Source: Camelus ferus (Eukaryota). Taken from it: DNA of 64,000 bases. Both the position numbers and the translations under genes were made by a program. Location of the stretch: NCBI RefSeq assembly GCF_009834535.1, contig NC_045696.1, positions 119,352,001 through 119,416,000 on the forward strand. Reading direction: 5' to 3'. The notes under the pieces are model-generated. The model ran no database searches, was not told where the DNA came from, and worked only from the letters and a program-made list of their open reading frames with translations. Shown here in pieces: positions 11,641-24,990 of the stretch (position 1 is its first letter; the number at the start of each line of letters is the position of its first letter).

Positions 11641-11717
11641 GTGGTGGTACTGGGATTGAACCCAGGACCTCGTGCCTGCTGACATGCCCTCTACCGCTGA
11701 GCTATACCCCCCTCCCC
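11641..11717 (-). mobile_element. tRNA-Ala-derived camelid SINE (Vic-1 type)
   Basis: Minus strand reads ggggg-tatagctcagcggtagagg...gaggtcctgggttcaatccca (A and B boxes). Confidence 0.85.
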
Positions 11718-11826
11718 TAATATTTTAATTTAATTCAATTTTTTTAACAGAGGTACTGGGGATTGAATCCAGGGACTTCATGCATGCTAAGCAAGCACCT
11801 ATCACTGAGCTATACCCTCCCTCCCC
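11718..11826 (-). mobile_element. tRNA-Ala-derived camelid SINE (second of a tandem pair)
   Basis: gggagggtatagctcagtgatag...cttagcatgcatgaagtccctggattcaatccccagtacctc plus AT-rich tail. Confidence 0.85.
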
Positions 11827-12009
11827 TTTTGGTGGCGGCCGGGGGCTTTTAAAATTTACACTTAAATTCAGATGAAATAAAATTAAGAAGTCAGTTCCTC
11901 AGCCATACTACCATTACTTCAAGGGCCCATGTCCACAAGCTGCTGGGGCTTGTGGCGCCCATATTGGACAGTCCAGGTAAAGGACACAGGTCTAAGCACC
12001 GCTGTCGAC

Positions 12010-12185
12010 TGTCCTTGGTTCGAATCCAAGGTCTGCCACTTATTAGCTGTGTGGCTTTAGGAAATGGTTTCCCTTCTCTAAGCTTCTGTTTCTCCCCCAG
12101 TAAAAGAGAGACAATGATTTTCATCCCCAGGGTAGCTTGCAGGATCCGGTGGAATCATGGATGTAAGCACTTAGCACAGCGCCCG
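12010..12185 (+). mobile_element. MIR SINE
   Basis: ggttcgaatccaaggtctgccacttattagctgtgtggctttagg...atgtaagcacttagcacag. Confidence 0.75.
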
Positions 12186-14851
12186 CTTCAGAGTCACCCA
12201 CGTTCTCGCTTTGTCTTTCTCCAGCTTGATGTGCGGCCAGTTTCTCTCTGTGTAAAGCGTGGAGAACACCAGCACCTGTCTTGCAGGGTTGTCAGGAGGC
12301 TCGAAGGACCAACACAAGCAAAGCAGGTGGGAAGTGCTAAAGTCAACACTTGCTGCCACTATTTACTTGATAAGTATTTGCTAAACACCCTCCACGTGCC
12401 AAGCGCAGGGACGGGGGCTGGGAAACAGGCCTGTTATTAATCGGGCTACTTTGCACACACTCCAGGGCGGCCAGGGAGCTCTGCCCCGCCCCGCCCCTCT
12501 GCACAAGCTGGGACCCTCCCTGCCCAGCTTCTATCTGTTCCCAAGGAGGGGAACTGATTCCAAGGACAGCGCCCACCTCACAACTGGAGGGACGGTGCTG
12601 GAAGCATACACGGCATCAGAGAGCGCTCGGGGACGCCTCCCACAGGTGTGCAGAGGTGGGAGGCCATTCGACTTCATCACCAACGCGAGGTAACAGAAGC
12701 ATTTAAAACCACGTTCCTATTTCAAATAAAAAGAGAGATGCCTCATTTCCATGAGTGTAACTCTCAGGGTGATTTTTTTTTTTTTTTTACCTCCAAGGAG
12801 CTGAAGTCACCACCACCTTTGGACCCACAGCCCCTCCCTGTGCCTGCCCCAAACCTGGTTAGAGAGGGCTCCTACCTCACCACCACAGCCCCAGAGCCCT
12901 CCCCCCAGACGCCTGCAGCTTGTCTGCACTGCGCCTTCTCTGCACCTCGCTGTACTCATTCTGTATTGTATTTTAAAATTCTCTTATGTGATTTTATATA
13001 TGATATTGTATTGGGTTTGTGTGTGTGTGTGAAAGAGAGAGCTACAGAGACTGGGGGAGGGAAGGAGAGAGAGAGAGACAGAGACACAAGGTAGATCTTC
13101 AGAGTTAAATCGGTGCTGAGTTGGGGAGGGGACAACAGATTGGGGTCAAGGGAAGCCCTGGGGATTTGGATGGGATGGGGGGCCGGCGAGGAACTCTGTT
13201 TCCAGGGTAGAGGAAAGAATGTATTTCAATAGAAAACTATGGTCTGTCTAGAGGTCAAAGAACCTCCAATTTATCTGCACCTAGCCTCTCACTGTCTTTG
13301 AGCTGTTTGAACTCTGTAGTTGAAGGCAGCTGACGACACCGCGAGGTCACTGTTGTCTCTAAGTACGCATGTCCCGGACTGTCCAGGAAAGGGTCAACTG
13401 TCTGCCCTCCTGCCCTGTGGAAAGGCCAGTTCTGCCTGCATTTATTTACATATTCTTTCCAATATTCCTCATCTATAAATGGGTCTGCCCTGTGGATTTG
13501 CTTTTGAACTGGTTATAACATCTCCTGGACTCTCAGGAGTTCAATAAAACTTTTAAAACATGTTAAATTTTTATATCTGTATCAGAGCCATGATTTTAGC
13601 ATTTTGTTGAGAATTATCTTGGAACAGTTTTCTGAAAACTTAGGAGGGAGCAGCTAGAAGGTGACTCAGGGAAGTGGGGATGAGTGACCTGGACACCCTT
13701 GCGTGGGAAAGGAAGTAGGTGATGGGATCAGGGCACCCAGGTCATCTAAATCTCCATAGAAACGCGCCTCTATTTGGCTCACTGTTTATTATTGATTAGG
13801 GCTCAGACTCTGAAATTGAATATTAATTTGTAGATGTTCCAAGTGATTTTAGCCTGCTCCAGATGCAAATGATTTCTATCCACCAAGAAATATACCTCCC
13901 CAAGGATTTATTGTCCTATAAGAAGACATCATCTGATTTTGCAATCTTATTTCAACATCCTTTCTTCTCCCCTGCCTGTCCCCCTCCCCTCCCCCCTTCC
14001 TCCTCCTCCTTCTTGGCTTTATTTCTCTTTATTCATTTACTTATTTATTTTCCTTTGTTGGAAGGCAACATCCTTTCCTTTGCTGAGTATGCCAGTCTGT
14101 CCTAGTCTTTTTTGAAATAGCTTCCCCGTTCTGCTGATTCTCTCACTAACAAGGTAACTAAACCTTTGACACTTGCTCACTCTACTTTGAAAGAGGGTCA
14201 TGTATTTTTAAAAACTTTTTGAAACTGACATGTGCACAGTCCAGTTGCCAGCTTGTGGTGGCGTCTGCGTGATCCTGTCCCAAGGTCATCGTGTCACCTT
14301 CATTCTCCACGTGTTCACAGAGCACCTGCCATGTGCCTGGCAGTTAGAAGTCAGAGGAAATGGAAGCAGACACTGATCTCGAGGATCTCACACTTGTGGC
14401 CAGAGAAAAGATGTTTGTTAGTTTCTTAAATCAACAATTACAATGGCATGCGACAGCCCCAAGTGAGGAGTCTCAGAGTTAAAGTTTAGATGTTTACACC
14501 AGTGCTCACCTCACCTTTCACAGAATGGGTGTTTCATATGGTACCTGGAATCCTCACTGGCTGAACTGAGATACCCAAGCGTGGTGATGCTTAAGAGAAA
14601 ACAGGAGTTTCCTGTCTGAATCATTTCACCCCATCAGGGCGGACCAGCAGCTCAGTGGTTAACGCTCCTGAAACATCCTGGTACTATTTTTTCTTCTTTA
14701 GTGTTTACGGTGCCATGAGCCTCTCGTTGCCTTTTCTGGGTAGTGGGGTTGGGAGTGAGGATTTGCTTCTCCCGGTTTCACAAACCCTTTCGTGAAAAGG
14801 GTGCGTATTAACAGTGTTCCCTCGTGCTGGCCTGTGCGTGTCCTAGTTCGG

Positions 14852-14865
14852 CCACTAGATGGCGC
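14852..14865 (+). promoter_or_regulatory. Strong CTCF motif
   Basis: CCACTAGATGGCGC matches the core consensus CCASYAGRKGGCRS exactly. Confidence 0.7.
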
Positions 14866-15143
14866 AGGTTCACCTCCCAGGGCAGCAGAAGGCGGGCACT
14901 TGGATTTGAGTCCTTTGTTGGCTTGTGACCTTGGGAAAGCCAGTTAGTTTCCCCTTCTGCAGAGCCCAACGGTGACAATCACGCTGCAGGATTGCTGTGA
15001 GGATTAGTGCGGTTCAGGCACACAGCTGATGCTCTCTAATCGCTGCCCTTCTCTTTCCTCCTTCAATGCACATTTATTGAACCGTGTTCCCGTGCTGTGC
15101 CTTGTAAAGACTGTCCCCAAGCATCCTGCAATACAGTGGAGTG

Positions 15144-15147
<4 letters not shown>

Positions 15148-15185
<38 letters not shown>
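15148..15185. repeat. (AC)19 microsatellite
   Basis: Perfect dinucleotide run. Confidence 0.97.
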
Positions 15186-15187
<2 letters not shown>

Positions 15188-16536
15188 CTGTAGTTACTGG
15201 AGTACAAGACATACCCTCCAAGTCCAAAGTCATCCAAAATTGATTCTCATTCAAAGGCACTTAGGTATGAAAAGCCACATTCTGAACAGATAAAATCATG
15301 GTTAAGGATGTAGCAACCATAACAGCAAAATATTGTGAAGATACTCATTCCACACTTTTCCTCTAGTTTTCTTAGCAAAATTCCAAGCCACGGGCCACAC
15401 AACTCATCTGATACAACGTCAGTGATTCCCTTGAGCTTTAAAATATTTTACTCTTATAATCCTTCCGTTGCCGGGACTCGTTGACAGCAATACTTTTTAG
15501 CGCTATGATATTCCACGTTTTCCTCCAGAGTTAGAAGAGTGTGACTGTGTGTTCAGAATCCACTGTTCCCCACTGGATTCTGCTACAGAGTATTGTATGG
15601 GCAAGATAATACGTTTCCCTTGTGAAGACAACTTAAGATACCTTTGAAAACGTGTGTGATGTTTTCCCCGGAGGAGGGACAGACTCTGCTTCTGAAACCA
15701 CTCTGTGGGCTCCAAGCCCCATTTTAAGTTCTCCTGTGGTAACTGCAGCCAGCAGCAGAGTCGGCAACACGTGGAGGGCCTGTCACTCTCCTCCCTGCCA
15801 GCCTTTGAAGGATCAGCGGCCCAGGATGTTATCTGAGCTGTTGCCAGCAAGCTCTGACACCCTCAAATGGATGGCAGGAAACGGGTCGGTGAGCCCTGTC
15901 AGTTTCCTTGCCACTGGTATCAGCGGCCATGAGCATCTTGGCTGTGAGTCGCTGAGGAGGTGGAGAGAATCCACTCAAAGGTCTGCAGCCTCACTTAGAA
16001 AGAGATTTTGGGAGGCACTTCTGAGCCCTGTGCATCTGTGCCTACTCTCTGCCCTTGCTCTCCGTGAGCTGATGGTTACCTCGAGCCCTGCAGCTGGGCT
16101 ACTGGGGGCACCTGTCACTCCTATGAGGGCACAGAGTCTGCATTGTACGAGACCCGAGAAAGAAAATCCATCAGCCCTGGCACCACCCCTAGTCTGCGGA
16201 GCCCCTCCCCACTCCGCACACAATTCCACAGACACTGACATCAGATGAGGCCACTCTCTGCCTGTGATGGAGTGAGACCAAAACAGGACCACAAGTGTCA
16301 TCGACATGAGCTAAAACGGAAGCAAGAACACCCAGCAAACTGCAGAAATGATCGAATGGCCCTCTCCCGGGAAACATGAGTGGTCGTCTGCCACTTACAG
16401 CTTTAGACCCTCTGTCCCTCCCATCACCTTCTAAATAAAAATTTGATACCTGATCATAAAGTTGCCCCATTTTCTGACAGCGTCCAGTCCAGAGCAAGAC
16501 CAAACTTCCTAGAACCTTCTCAGAGTCCCCTAACTC

Positions 16537-17770
16537 GAGATCTGGCTGGACTAAGATGGTGGAGCAGAAGGACCCTGGGCTCACCTCTTCTCATGAACGC
16601 AACATCATTGCAACGAACTGCTGAACACCGCTGACAGAAAAGACTGGAACTACCAGAAAAGATCTTACATCTAAAGACAAAGAAGGAAATACAGGGCAGG
16701 CAGGAGGGCTGGGCTTGCAATATAATCAAATCCCACCCCCCAGGTGGGCGGCCCACAAACTAGAGAATACACTGCAGAGGTTACCCCACAGGACGAGAGT
16801 TCTGAGCCCCACGTCAGGCTCCCCAGCTGGGGGTCCGGCACCAGGAAGAGGAGCCCTCTGAGTATTTGGCTTTGAAGGCCAGTGGGGCTTAAAAGGACTG
16901 GGGGAAACAGACACGTCACTCTTGAAGGATGCACACAAAATCATATGCACACCTGGAAACAGAGCAAAGGCAGTGACTTCACAGAAGCCTGGGCCAGACC
17001 TACCTGCTGATCTTGGAGGGTCTCCTGAGGAGGCCGGGGTGGCTGCGGCTCACCCTGAGGACATAGACACGGTGGTGCACATATGGGGAAGTATTCATCC
17101 TCATGAACTCTCCTTCCTGGAGGCTGACATCTTCCGTGGGTCATTAGCACCAAGGCCTGGCCCCACCCAACAGCCTGGAGGCTCCAGTGCTGGGATGCCT
17201 CAGGCCAAATAACTAACTAGGTGTGGATAGATTCCCCACCCATCAGCAGATAGGGGGCCTAAAGGCTCCTGAGTCCACAGCTGCCTCCGGACATGGCCCC
17301 TCCCACCAGGAAGCCTGCACCAGCCGCTAGTGCAGCCTCACCCACTAGGGGGCAGACATCAAAGCAAGAAAACCACAGTCCTGCCTGCAGCCTGTGGAAC
17401 AGAGCCCACAAATGCAGGACAGACCCAACCCTGGGACCCCCTGGTCCTTGGGTGGTGAGAGGGGTTTCACTGCTGGGACACATAGGACGTCCCCTACAGA
17501 GGGCTACTTCTCCAAGGTCAAGAAATGTAACCTACCGCATACATAAAAATACAAATAGAAATTTAGACAAAATGAGGAGACAGAAGAATATGTTCCAGAC
17601 AAAGACACAAGATAAAGTCCCAGAAGAACTAAGTGATGTGGAGATGGGCAGTCTACCTGAGACAGAGCTCAGAGTAATGATTGTAAAGGTGATCAGAGAA
17701 CTGGGGAGAATGATGCACAGAGCGAGAAGCTAGCAGTCTTTAACAAAGAGCTAGAAAATACAAAGAACCA
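16537..17770 (+). mobile_element. L1 5'UTR plus start of ORF1, truncated at its 3' side
   Basis: YY1-like aagatggtggag at 16553 and about 1 kb of GC-rich UTR. ATG at 17572 gives MRRQKNMFQTKTQDKVPEELSDVEMGSLPETELRVMIVKVIRELG, resembling laurasiatherian L1 ORF1p N-termini. Confidence 0.8.
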
Positions 17771-19058
17771 AGTCTTGCATGGTAGATAAGAACAAGCTGG
17801 GAAGAGGAGGGAACAGCATTCTTGGCAGAGGGAACAGCGTGGCAAAAGCAGAGGCAAGAGAAAGAGCGTTGTATTATGGGCTATGCATTAAGAGACGGGG
17901 GTAGGGGAGATGAGGGGCAGGAGCTGAGTCCAAAGGCTGAAGGCCAGGGTAGGAAGGGGCTTGAGAGCAGGGGGTATCATGACCAGGGCGTTATTCTGAA
18001 GGTGATGGAGAGCTAGGGAGGGGATTCCAGCAGGGGAGAATTTTAGCAAGATCCCTTGAGCTGTAGGGAAAAGTGAGGGTACTTGAATGAGTGCAACTGA
18101 GCTTCAAGAAAGGACTCAAGGCTGGAGAAACACCTGGGAATTTTCCAAACACAGGTGGATTATTACTTCACAGATAGGTATTTTCGGGGTCACTGGGGGC
18201 TGGGCGTGTTGCCATGGCAGTTTTGGAGAAATAATTTTTTTACATGTTAAAGTCTATTTTGTGTCCCACTTGGCAAATGCACGGAAAAGCATATTCATTT
18301 ACTTTCCTGGAATTGTTTTTGAAATAGCTCTGCCTTCCCAGAAACCACGGAGTACGTATCCAACTCTGTCTGAGTCTGCGCTGACATATTATGCAGTGGA
18401 GATGATATTTTGCAATTTCCTGATTCACGGGTGACTCATCAAGGTCACCTAAGCTTGGTGTCCCACGAACACATGGGACAAGGATCTAGCTGTGCCCTTG
18501 GTACATAATAGAGATTTAAGACATATTCATAGGTTTTTTTTTTTTTAATTTGGAGAAGGACCCTAAGTATCTAGATCAACTCTGGAAAGAGCAATGGAAT
18601 CTGGGTTGCTAAGAGTAAACGTATTATTCAGAAGCTTAACTTTGTGCTTTGCAGAACTCCGAAAGCCCAGGCACTGAAATTTGTCAGAGCACAGAAAGGT
18701 TCTCACGTTTCCAACCCAGCTCTCATGGCTGCTAGCCAGACGCTGTACCTTCTGGGGTTACTGACTGGACCAAGAAGGGGAGATTAGAACCAAAGGGTTG
18801 GGGGATTTTGTCTTCAACACCCGCCTTATGAAAAAGCCTGGAGGAAACCCTGAGGTCCCTTGAAACTGTCACGGGATGGCTTCTCCTGCTCATGGGACGC
18901 AGACGGGGTTAACAGGCTGAGACCCCAAACAACTTGCTGCATCATAAACTCCTGTGTGATACACACAACAGGAAGAAACTCATTATGAATCCCATGGGAA
19001 GCTCCCTTTCTCACTTCCAGAAGCCATACTTACTTGTTTTTATGTTGCCTTTAGCTAA

Positions 19059-19755
19059 TTTTTAAAAAATTGATGTACAGTTGATTTACAATGTTGCATA
19101 AATGTCTGGTGTGCAGCATAGTGATCCAGTTATATATATGCACACACATATATTCCTTTTCATGTTCTTTCTCATCATAGGCTATTACAAGGTACTAACT
19201 ACAGTTCCCCGTGCTGTATAGTAGGATCTTGTTGTTTATCTATTTTGCACATAGTAGTGTGTATTCGTGAATCCCAAACTTCTAATTTATCTCTCCCCTT
19301 TGTCCACTTGGGTAACCATAAGTTTGTTTTCTATGTCTGTGGGTCTGTTTCTATTTTGTAAATAAGTTCATTGATGTCATTTTTTAAAAATTCCCCATAT
19401 AAGCGATATCATATGACCTTTTTCTTTCTCTTTCTGGCTTACTTCACTTAGTATGACGATCTCCAGGTCCATCCATGTTGCTGCAAATGGCATTATTTCG
19501 TTCTTTCTTATGGCTGAGTAGTATTCCATTGTATATATATCACAGCTTCTTTATCCAGTCATCTGTCGATGGGCATTTAGGATGTTTACATGTCTTGGCT
19601 ATTGTAAATAGTGCTGCTATGAACACTGAGGTGTGTGTATCTTTTGAAATTAGAGTTTTCTCTTGGTATACCCAGGAGTGGGATTGCTGGATCATATGGT
19701 AAATCTATTTTGATTTTTTTAAGGAAACTCCATACTGTTTTCCATAGTGGCTGCA
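19059..19755 (-). mobile_element. L1 3' end (ORF2 C-terminus and 3'UTR)
   Basis: ttgatttacaatgttg...ccatccatgttgctgcaaatggc...ggattgctggatcatatggt...ccatactgttttccatagtggctg. Confidence 0.9.
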
Positions 19756-20169
19756 AGAGAAACCTGCCTCTCAGAAACAGGAATAAAGGGAAAGTGTTTT
19801 ATGGGATGGTAATTTGGGCCACAATGTTTTCCAGAAGGTGAATAAGAAAAAAGATCAAAACACCTTTGCTTCTCAGAATGTCTGAGCATCCCTGGTGGTG
19901 AAGGGTGAGACCTGCATGAAAGGCACCCAGTGCCTTCCCCTCGCTCCCAAACTAAGATAGCAGAGCTGGTTTGGGGGCGATGGAAGATCCCTACCTTGGG
20001 GTGTGGGCAGGAGCTGACTGGATAATACCCAGGAGTTGCAAGCATGGAATTTTATAGGTTTTGGCCTCAGGGTCCTGGCAAGTTTTGTTTCATAATAATT
20101 AAAAAACAGCAGCAGAGACCAGTCTTGCCCGAGAGAGGAGTCATCCCCCCCCCAAAAGGCAGACACTGT

Positions 20170-20750
20170 TACTAGCCGTGCACCAGTCCACCACCTGTCC
20201 TCCTGGCTCGCGGGACCCCAGCTAGGTTCTGGGTGGTAGTGTGCCCGGCACTTCTCTCTTAGTGGGGTACATTCCTAGTCACTTTCCCAGCCTCCTTTGC
20301 AGCCAAAAGTGACCACGTGACACGGTTCTGGCCAGTAGGAGAGAGAAAAGTCGGCCGGGGGCTGGTGGAGGCGGGACTCTGGGCAAGAGCTCTCTTTCTC
20401 AATAGAGACAAAGACGTTTAAGGAGAGCTTCCTTCCTCATTGGGATGGAATGGACATCCCATTGTGTCCATTGGGATGTTGTGATGGACATGCTGTGACC
20501 ACAAAGAGAGAGATACCAGCAGCAAAAGCCCAACAGGGAATGGGGACCAGAAGGTTAAAAAGAGGCTGGTTCATGAACGATGTCTGTGAGCTATTGCATC
20601 TAATGTGGAACCACCTACCTTTGAGTCGGGCATGTGAAATAACGAGAGATCTGTATTTCCTCAGCGCCTGGGAGTCGGCTACTCTGTTACTTGCACCTGA
20701 ACTCACTGAACCGATGCATCTGATTGTGGCAGATCCCAAAACAACTTGAC
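20170..20750. mobile_element. MaLR (MLT1-type) LTR remnant
   Basis: tttcccagcctcctttgcagcc...ccacgtgacacggttctggcca...tctgttacttgcacctgaa resembles old MLT1 LTRs. Confidence 0.5.
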
Positions 20751-21825
20751 CCTTACTCTCACCCATTCCTGTCTGGAAGGTCATTGTCACAAATACTGGG
20801 AGACAATACATGGTAGAGGCTAAGGGCATGGATAGTGGAGCTATGGGGTGCAGAGCAGAGGTGGGGTCGGACAGCTTTGACCTCTCTGTGCATGTGGGGA
20901 GGAGGTAGCCGCCCCCTCCCCCCGACTGCTCGTTTGATCGGGAGCCAGCTGGGGACAGGGCGACACTGACACTCAAAGGGGCGTGATGGGCTGGCAGCCC
21001 CGAACGTAGATTGTGACAGGCAGGAGGCGCCCCTGGGTCTGGCCTTTAAACATGCTTCACAGGCCAGGGCTGGCTTAGGAGCACAAGGAGTGAGGATTGT
21101 TGAGCACAAGGACCTCCCTGCTGTTGGAGGTCCCTTCACTTGGCCGGACTCCGCCTGCTTGAGTTTTGAAGTCTGGCTGCATTGGATGCTCGGGATCAGA
21201 CTTTATGTAAATACCCAAGGGCCTGCTCTACACAAGAACAGACATCTGACTGCCCTCAGATTTCCACTGCAAGAGAATTATATCCAGGGGTTGGGGGCAG
21301 TGTGTGCCTTGTCCTTTGTATCTCAGCATAACACAAAAGCCAGAGTGTCAGGTTTTATCTGTTAGTGCAACTGAATCCCGTTGGCTTGACCAAAATGCTG
21401 AGAGCTACTCTTTGCTGCTTAGCATCCTTCCCTTCCCTGCGGACATTCTTACTGCAGCCTGTGGTCGCACTGAGCGAGCTGGTCCTGCCCAACCTCCATC
21501 GACAGGGACGGCCTGGGGAAGCCCAGTGTCCAAGAGAAAGGCGGCTTGGGGCTACAGCGTCAGTGTTTTATATTTTGATTTTAAGGAATGATTTGTGCGT
21601 TCATTCCTATTTCTCTCTTAAAAAGGACTGGAGTCTGCTCACCGTAAGGTCCTAGCCTCCCCTCTTCTGTTGTCTTTGCTTTTTTGTTATTTATAGGATA
21701 CAAACACTTTCTATATTTTTCAAGCTTACTCACAGTTTCTTTGGGAATTTTTCCTCTGTTAGTGCTGAAAGAATCTGTCATTTGTCTCCTTTTGCAGCTG
21801 GAAGGAGACAAAAAAACTCTAGTCC

Positions 21826-22046
21826 AGCAGTTGGTAGATGATGTCTGTGAGCCAAATCTGCCCGCCACCTGTGTTTGTAAATAAAATTTTACTGGGATGC
21901 AGGCACGCACATCTGTTTATTATTGCGGGCGTGCTGCTTTGGGGCTAGAACGGCAGAGCCATACAGTTGTGACAGAGACCACAGGGCCCGGAAAGCGAAA
22001 AATATTTACTGTCTGGCCCCTTATAGAAAAAGTTTGCTGACCCCAG
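21826..22046. mobile_element. MER58A-like hAT-Charlie element
   Basis: gccaaatctgcccgccacctgtgtttgtaaataaaattttactgg...aatatttactgtctggccccttatagaaaaagtttgctgacccc. Confidence 0.8.
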
Positions 22047-22088
22047 CCCTAGTTCAGAGTCAAATGTAATTTTAAAATAGTATCTTAC

Positions 22089-22207
22089 GGGGGGAGGCTG
22101 TATCTCAGTGGTAGAGCATGTGCTTAGCATGCACGAAGTCCTGGGTTCAACCCCCAGTACCTCCATTAAAAAAAATTAAAAAGTATACAAATAATTATTA
22201 AAAAATG
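22089..22207 (+). mobile_element. tRNA-Ala-derived camelid SINE with perfect 14-bp TSD
   Basis: A/B boxes and A-rich tail; TSD aaatagtatcttac at 22075-22088 and 22208-22221. Confidence 0.93.
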
Positions 22208-23049
22208 AAATAGTATCTTACCTAACTTGATTGGCACTGCATAGAACAGGCATCAGCTCTTCTCTATAACAAAGTCGCCCTGCTCCCGGAGTGCCCAGCC
22301 TTCCTGTATCCATCTGACCTGCAAGTGTTCCTTAATTCCCATCCTCTACACAGTACACAGTCAGTGTGGAATGCTTGGCTCGAAGTTTGGGGTGAGGGAG
22401 ATAAAGCAAACAATTTTAGATTGAGGACTGGATACCGAACTCTGAGAATCCGTCTGGCAATCCTCCCTGTTCCCTCGAGGAAGACCTTTCTCACCATCTT
22501 GCTCTTTAGGTCTTCACCATACTGTTGGGCCCATCTCCTCCTCAATACCCACCTCATATCTCAATCCCCCTCCCTTTATCCTGGAGAGCTGTCATGCTCC
22601 CTACTCCTAGCTTACATGGTATACCTGTACATTGGCGAATTCTGCTATGGTCCAGTTCCTGAAGAACTACTGGAATATGAGAGGGAAATTTTCTGGGATG
22701 CAGGAGGAACCTTGCTTCCCTAGGCTTCCAGTTTCTACAAGGAGGGACATCAATTAGTGGAACACTAGTGGCATCTCTACCCCTCACTCCTGCTTCCCCA
22801 GGGAGGAAGGACATCTAATATGACTGATAAACTTGGGATAAGGACTGACCATGTGCCCCTTACTCAGTATCTTCCTTCCGGGACACAACTTCCCTGAAGC
22901 TCATACTCTGGTCTTGCAGTTTGGTGGGGTAATTTCAATTCAGGGGAGTCGGGGTATTTGTGCATGAGGTGGGACTACTGATAAACAAAGAATGGAATTT
23001 GATGAGCAAACTAACTCTCAGAGACGGAAGCTTGTGGTGGGCCAAGCCA

Positions 23050-23490
23050 TGTGTCTAGGGTGGTTTTCCCTATGAGGAGACAAGGAGATGAAGATTTGAG
23101 TGCAAGAGATTTATCTGGAAGGTGAGCTTAGGAAGCACCAGTAGGGGTGTGAGGAAGGGAATGTAGCCAATGACAGAGGCACTATTAGGCCATTGACCAT
23201 TTGGGTAATAAGAACTTAATCTCATAGTAAACTCTGGGAAATGGTGTGGAACACGCACCTCAGGGTGGTCCTGCTGGGGAGGTGAGGGAGCTGAGGTATT
23301 TATACTCCAGCTCTTGTCTGTCACTGACTGAGGGCTGCTCCTGGGGGTTGACTTCCATGGCTTGCCCCACATCATAACGCAGCCTTCTTTATCTTTGAGA
23401 AAAACCCTCAGACAAAGAAATGCAGATGCCACCAACTGGAAGATCATCAGGAGCACACTGAGGCTGCAAGACCTGTGGGAGGGCCAGAAC
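23050..23490 (-). mobile_element. ERVL-class LTR remnant (LTR33/LTR16-like)
   Basis: gatttgagtgcaagagatttatctggaaggtga...ggaagcaccagtagggg pattern. Confidence 0.45.
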
Positions 23491-24990
23491 ACTCAATGTC
23501 ACTATTACACGCTCTGGTGTTGAAGGGTGAATTTGGCATCTCTTTCTTAGTTGCCTGTGCTTTAACTTTACTGCAGGACTAAGGATGGAGAGAATCAAAT
23601 TTGGGGCTTTGGCAGGATTTGTTTTCCCATCATTTAATCTCATGTTTCCCCCTAGATGCAGCTGTTTTCAGAGGCCATAGGTCCTGGATCATCTCCATTG
23701 GGTCTCGGTAGAGCCTCGATGTAGGGCCCCTGCTGCCTCCTCAAGACAAGGCCACAACCCGCACCACTATTGGCAGCATCTCTAGCAACCTGTCATCCTA
23801 CATCTGTAATAGTTGGTATTTCTGTGCCTTTATACTGTGGGTTCTTCCAGGAGAAGGGCTGAGGCTGAGAACAGCTGAAAATTTGAGCAATTAACTGATT
23901 TGTTCAGTGCTCATGCATTCTAACATTGTCTCTTAAGTCTCTTCTAGAGAGACTAATTTCTTAGTCTTGGTAATAAAATTATTGGTGAATGTGCCAATTG
24001 ACCCAATTAGGTCAAGTGTCCTCCCTGGATCCAATCAGGGGTGGAATTTTGTGGAAGGAAAAGACAGGTCCCCCTGCAGCCACACAGCTAGAGTTGGAGA
24101 ATTGTGAAGGTTGGATAATCCAATAGTTGCCCACCTCCCACACAACAGATACTTTTCCACCCTCTGAACAGGGTCAGCATTGGTGCAGCTGGACGGGTTA
24201 TGACTTTAAAAATCGTTTCTCAGGCTTTCCTGGGTCTTATTTAAGTAAGACATTGAGCAATGCCTCCCTTAGCCTATTCCTAAAGGAAGGGGTCAGCAGT
24301 GACTTCGTGAGGGCCTCCCAATGAAGTAAAGGTGCTCCACCCCTGCTCACATTTTCCTGTAAAGTTAAAAGTTTTCATAAGCCCAAGCTGCAACAGAATT
24401 GGCCCTGTCACCTTTATTTTAGCATCTGTCCTGGGTTCTGGAATATTAGTTGCCCACCACTTAGCCGAACAGTTCAGGAATTGCTGGGAAACTTTAGTTT
24501 TCAAACGTGAATCTGATCTATTTGGGCTAAGCTTGCAAACTATCACCCTAGGAGTAAAGTGATCATGATGCCTCTGTTTTTAAGCCAAAGGAAGTCAGGC
24601 AAGCTGCTCATGTGTCACTGTAGCATAGTGTGTTGGTGGTATGTAGAGCCTTTGATGATGAGAAAACATCAACAACTCAGTCCTGTGGAAAGAACTACCG
24701 CACAGCAAAGATCCTCATAATTTAAAACAGTGCTAAGGACATGCTTCCATATTTAAAGAGCACATTCCATGGAAGAAGAGGTTGAAACTGCAAGAGGATT
24801 GGAGACTGGAGGGACTATTATTAATATAGAAATGGCAGAGGATTCTAGAATCCTGGAAATATCACCTCCTTGGCAATTGTGCTTTACATTATCATTTGAA
24901 ATATGCCTAAGTTGAGGCATTTGAATAATCATGGCAGGACTTGTAGGTGCTTTGGGCTTTGGCCAAACAAGTTGCATTTTTAAACAGAGG

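Larger units (their letters stand above)
11585..11975. mobile_element. MER3-like hAT element interrupted by two SINEs
   Basis: ctgcactgtcca...ggtagccactagccaca on the left; agttcctcagccatact...atattggacag on the right. Confidence 0.7.

Noticed and set aside
16537..19755. Single inverted (twin-primed) L1 made of the + 5' piece and the - 3' piece
   Set aside because: About 1.3 kb of unrelated sequence separates them and no shared TSD is visible.
22089..22165. tRNA-Ala-like sequences (about ten copies)
   Set aside because: They have A-rich tails, TSDs and broken acceptor stems, so they are SINEs rather than tRNA genes.
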